From Flavobacteriales bacterium UBA6772 (GTDB lineage Bacteria > Bacteroidota > Bacteroidia > Flavobacteriales > UBA7430), in NCBI GenBank assembly GCA_905182215.1, contig CAJJAI010000004.1, forward strand, positions 635 through 64,634: a stretch of 64,000 nt of DNA. The letters run 5' to 3'. Both the position numbers and the translations under genes were made by a program. Positions 63,234 through 64,000 of the stretch are shown one piece after another (position 1 is the stretch's first letter; each line of letters begins with the position of its first letter). Under the pieces are notes generated by a model. The model ran no database searches, was not told the origin of the DNA, and saw only the letters and a program-made list of their open reading frames with translations.

Positions 63234-64000
63234 ATGAGAATCGTTTCTACTTTAAAAGAGCTTGCTCAATTACTGAGTGAGTGCACAAAAAACAAAAGCT
63301 TGGGCTTAATACCTACCATGGGTGCGCTTCATACTGGGCATATAGCTTTGGTTAAAAAAGCCATCGATGAGAACGATTTATCTATTTGTTCCATTTTTGT
63401 GAACCCCACGCAGTTTAATAATCCATCGGATTTGGAAAAATACCCCAATCCTTTGGAAAAGGACTTATTACTACTTGAGCAAGCTGGTTGTGATTTTGTT
63501 TTTGCACCTACAAAAGAAGAGGTGTATCCAGAAGGCTACGTTTCTAAAGACTTTGTTTTTGGAACACTCGATAAGGGTATGGAAGGCGCAAATAGACCTG
63601 GGCATTTTAAGGGTGTTGCCATGGTAGTTTCAAGGTTGTTTGAGCTTATAAAACCTCAAAAAGCCTATTTTGGAGAAAAAGATTTTCAGCAGTTGGCTAT
63701 TATTCAATCTATGGTAAAGCAGGCTCCATTCCCAGTAGAAATCGTGCCTTGTAGCATTGTTAGAGAAGCAAGTGGTTTGGCTATGAGTTCTAGAAATATG
63801 CGCTTAAATAAGCTTCAACTAACTGCAGCTCCGCGTGTTTACCAAAGATTATTCAAAGCGTCTAAAATGTGTTCCTCACATTCGATATTTGAAATTAAAA
63901 CGTGGTTGAAAAATGAATTTAAAAATGATGTAGATTTGGATTTAGAATATTTTGAAATTTCCAATCCTACTACCTTACAAGCCACAACTAATTGGAGCGA
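63234..64000 (+). CDS. panC: pantoate--beta-alanine ligase, 3'-truncated by window edge
   Basis: Not in the ORF track because it runs off the window. My translation MRIVSTLKELAQLL...LGLIPTMGALHTGHIALVKKA...FVNPTQFNN carries the PanC PTMGxLHxGH motif. Confidence 0.9.
   Translation, partial: MRIVSTLKELAQLLSECTKNKSLGLIPTMGALHTGHIALVKKAIDENDLSICSIFVNPTQFNNPSDLEKYPNPLEKDLLLLEQAGCDFVFAPTKEEVYPEGYVSKDFVFGTLDKGMEGANRPGHFKGVAMVVSRLFELIKPQKAYFGEKDFQQLAIIQSMVKQAPFPVEIVPCSIVREASGLAMSSRNMRLNKLQLTAAPRVYQRLFKASKMCSSHSIFEIKTWLKNEFKNDVDLDLEYFEISNPTTLQATTNWS

Overview
AT-rich segment (mid-30s % GC by eye) that looks like a Flavobacteriia-class Bacteroidota chromosome. Supporting signs: TAnnTTTG -7 promoter boxes, a type IX secretion (T9SS) C-terminal sorting domain, and the panC / short glycogen-synthase / DUF4270 / glmS gene order. 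I count about 58 protein genes and 2 tRNAs (Phe-GAA, Leu-CAA). There is no rRNA, no CRISPR array, and no recognisable transposase or integrase. Most of the window is housekeeping: ispD, queA, truB, hemL, hemB, nifU-like, fldA, bacilliredoxin, leuS, rpiB, a phospho-sugar mutase, coaX, lptC, a ppiD-like gene, ctp, dCMP deaminase, prs, rplY, pth, glmS and panC. Accessory content is concentrated at 34.4-54.3 kb. (1) An 11.5-kb single-strand Wzx/Wzy-type polysaccharide locus with wecB, wecC, a TagA/WecG-type transferase, a pyruvyl transferase and two Wzy/ligase-like membrane proteins. (2) A 5-kb gene for a 1672-aa secreted T9SS cargo protein built from cysteine-rich modules that read as Kazal, von Willebrand factor type C (VWC) and follistatin-N/EGF-like domains. 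A 235-aa mini-paralog lies at 56.7 kb. (3) A few small lipoprotein, outer-membrane and zinc-ribbon genes. (4) A tRNA-Leu locus rearranged around an 82-aa GIY-YIG ORF, with a duplicated tRNA 5' part that is itself split by a 20-nt palindrome. Smaller oddities: tandem paralogous 73/78-aa membrane proteins, GTAAA-motif clusters after terminators, a 14-bp inverted-repeat-bounded segment, a 675-bp ORF-free AT-rich divergent intergenic region, and two unannotated small ORFs (40 and 54 aa). All calls come from reading motifs in the translations and the DNA. No database search, HMM scan or folding computation was possible.
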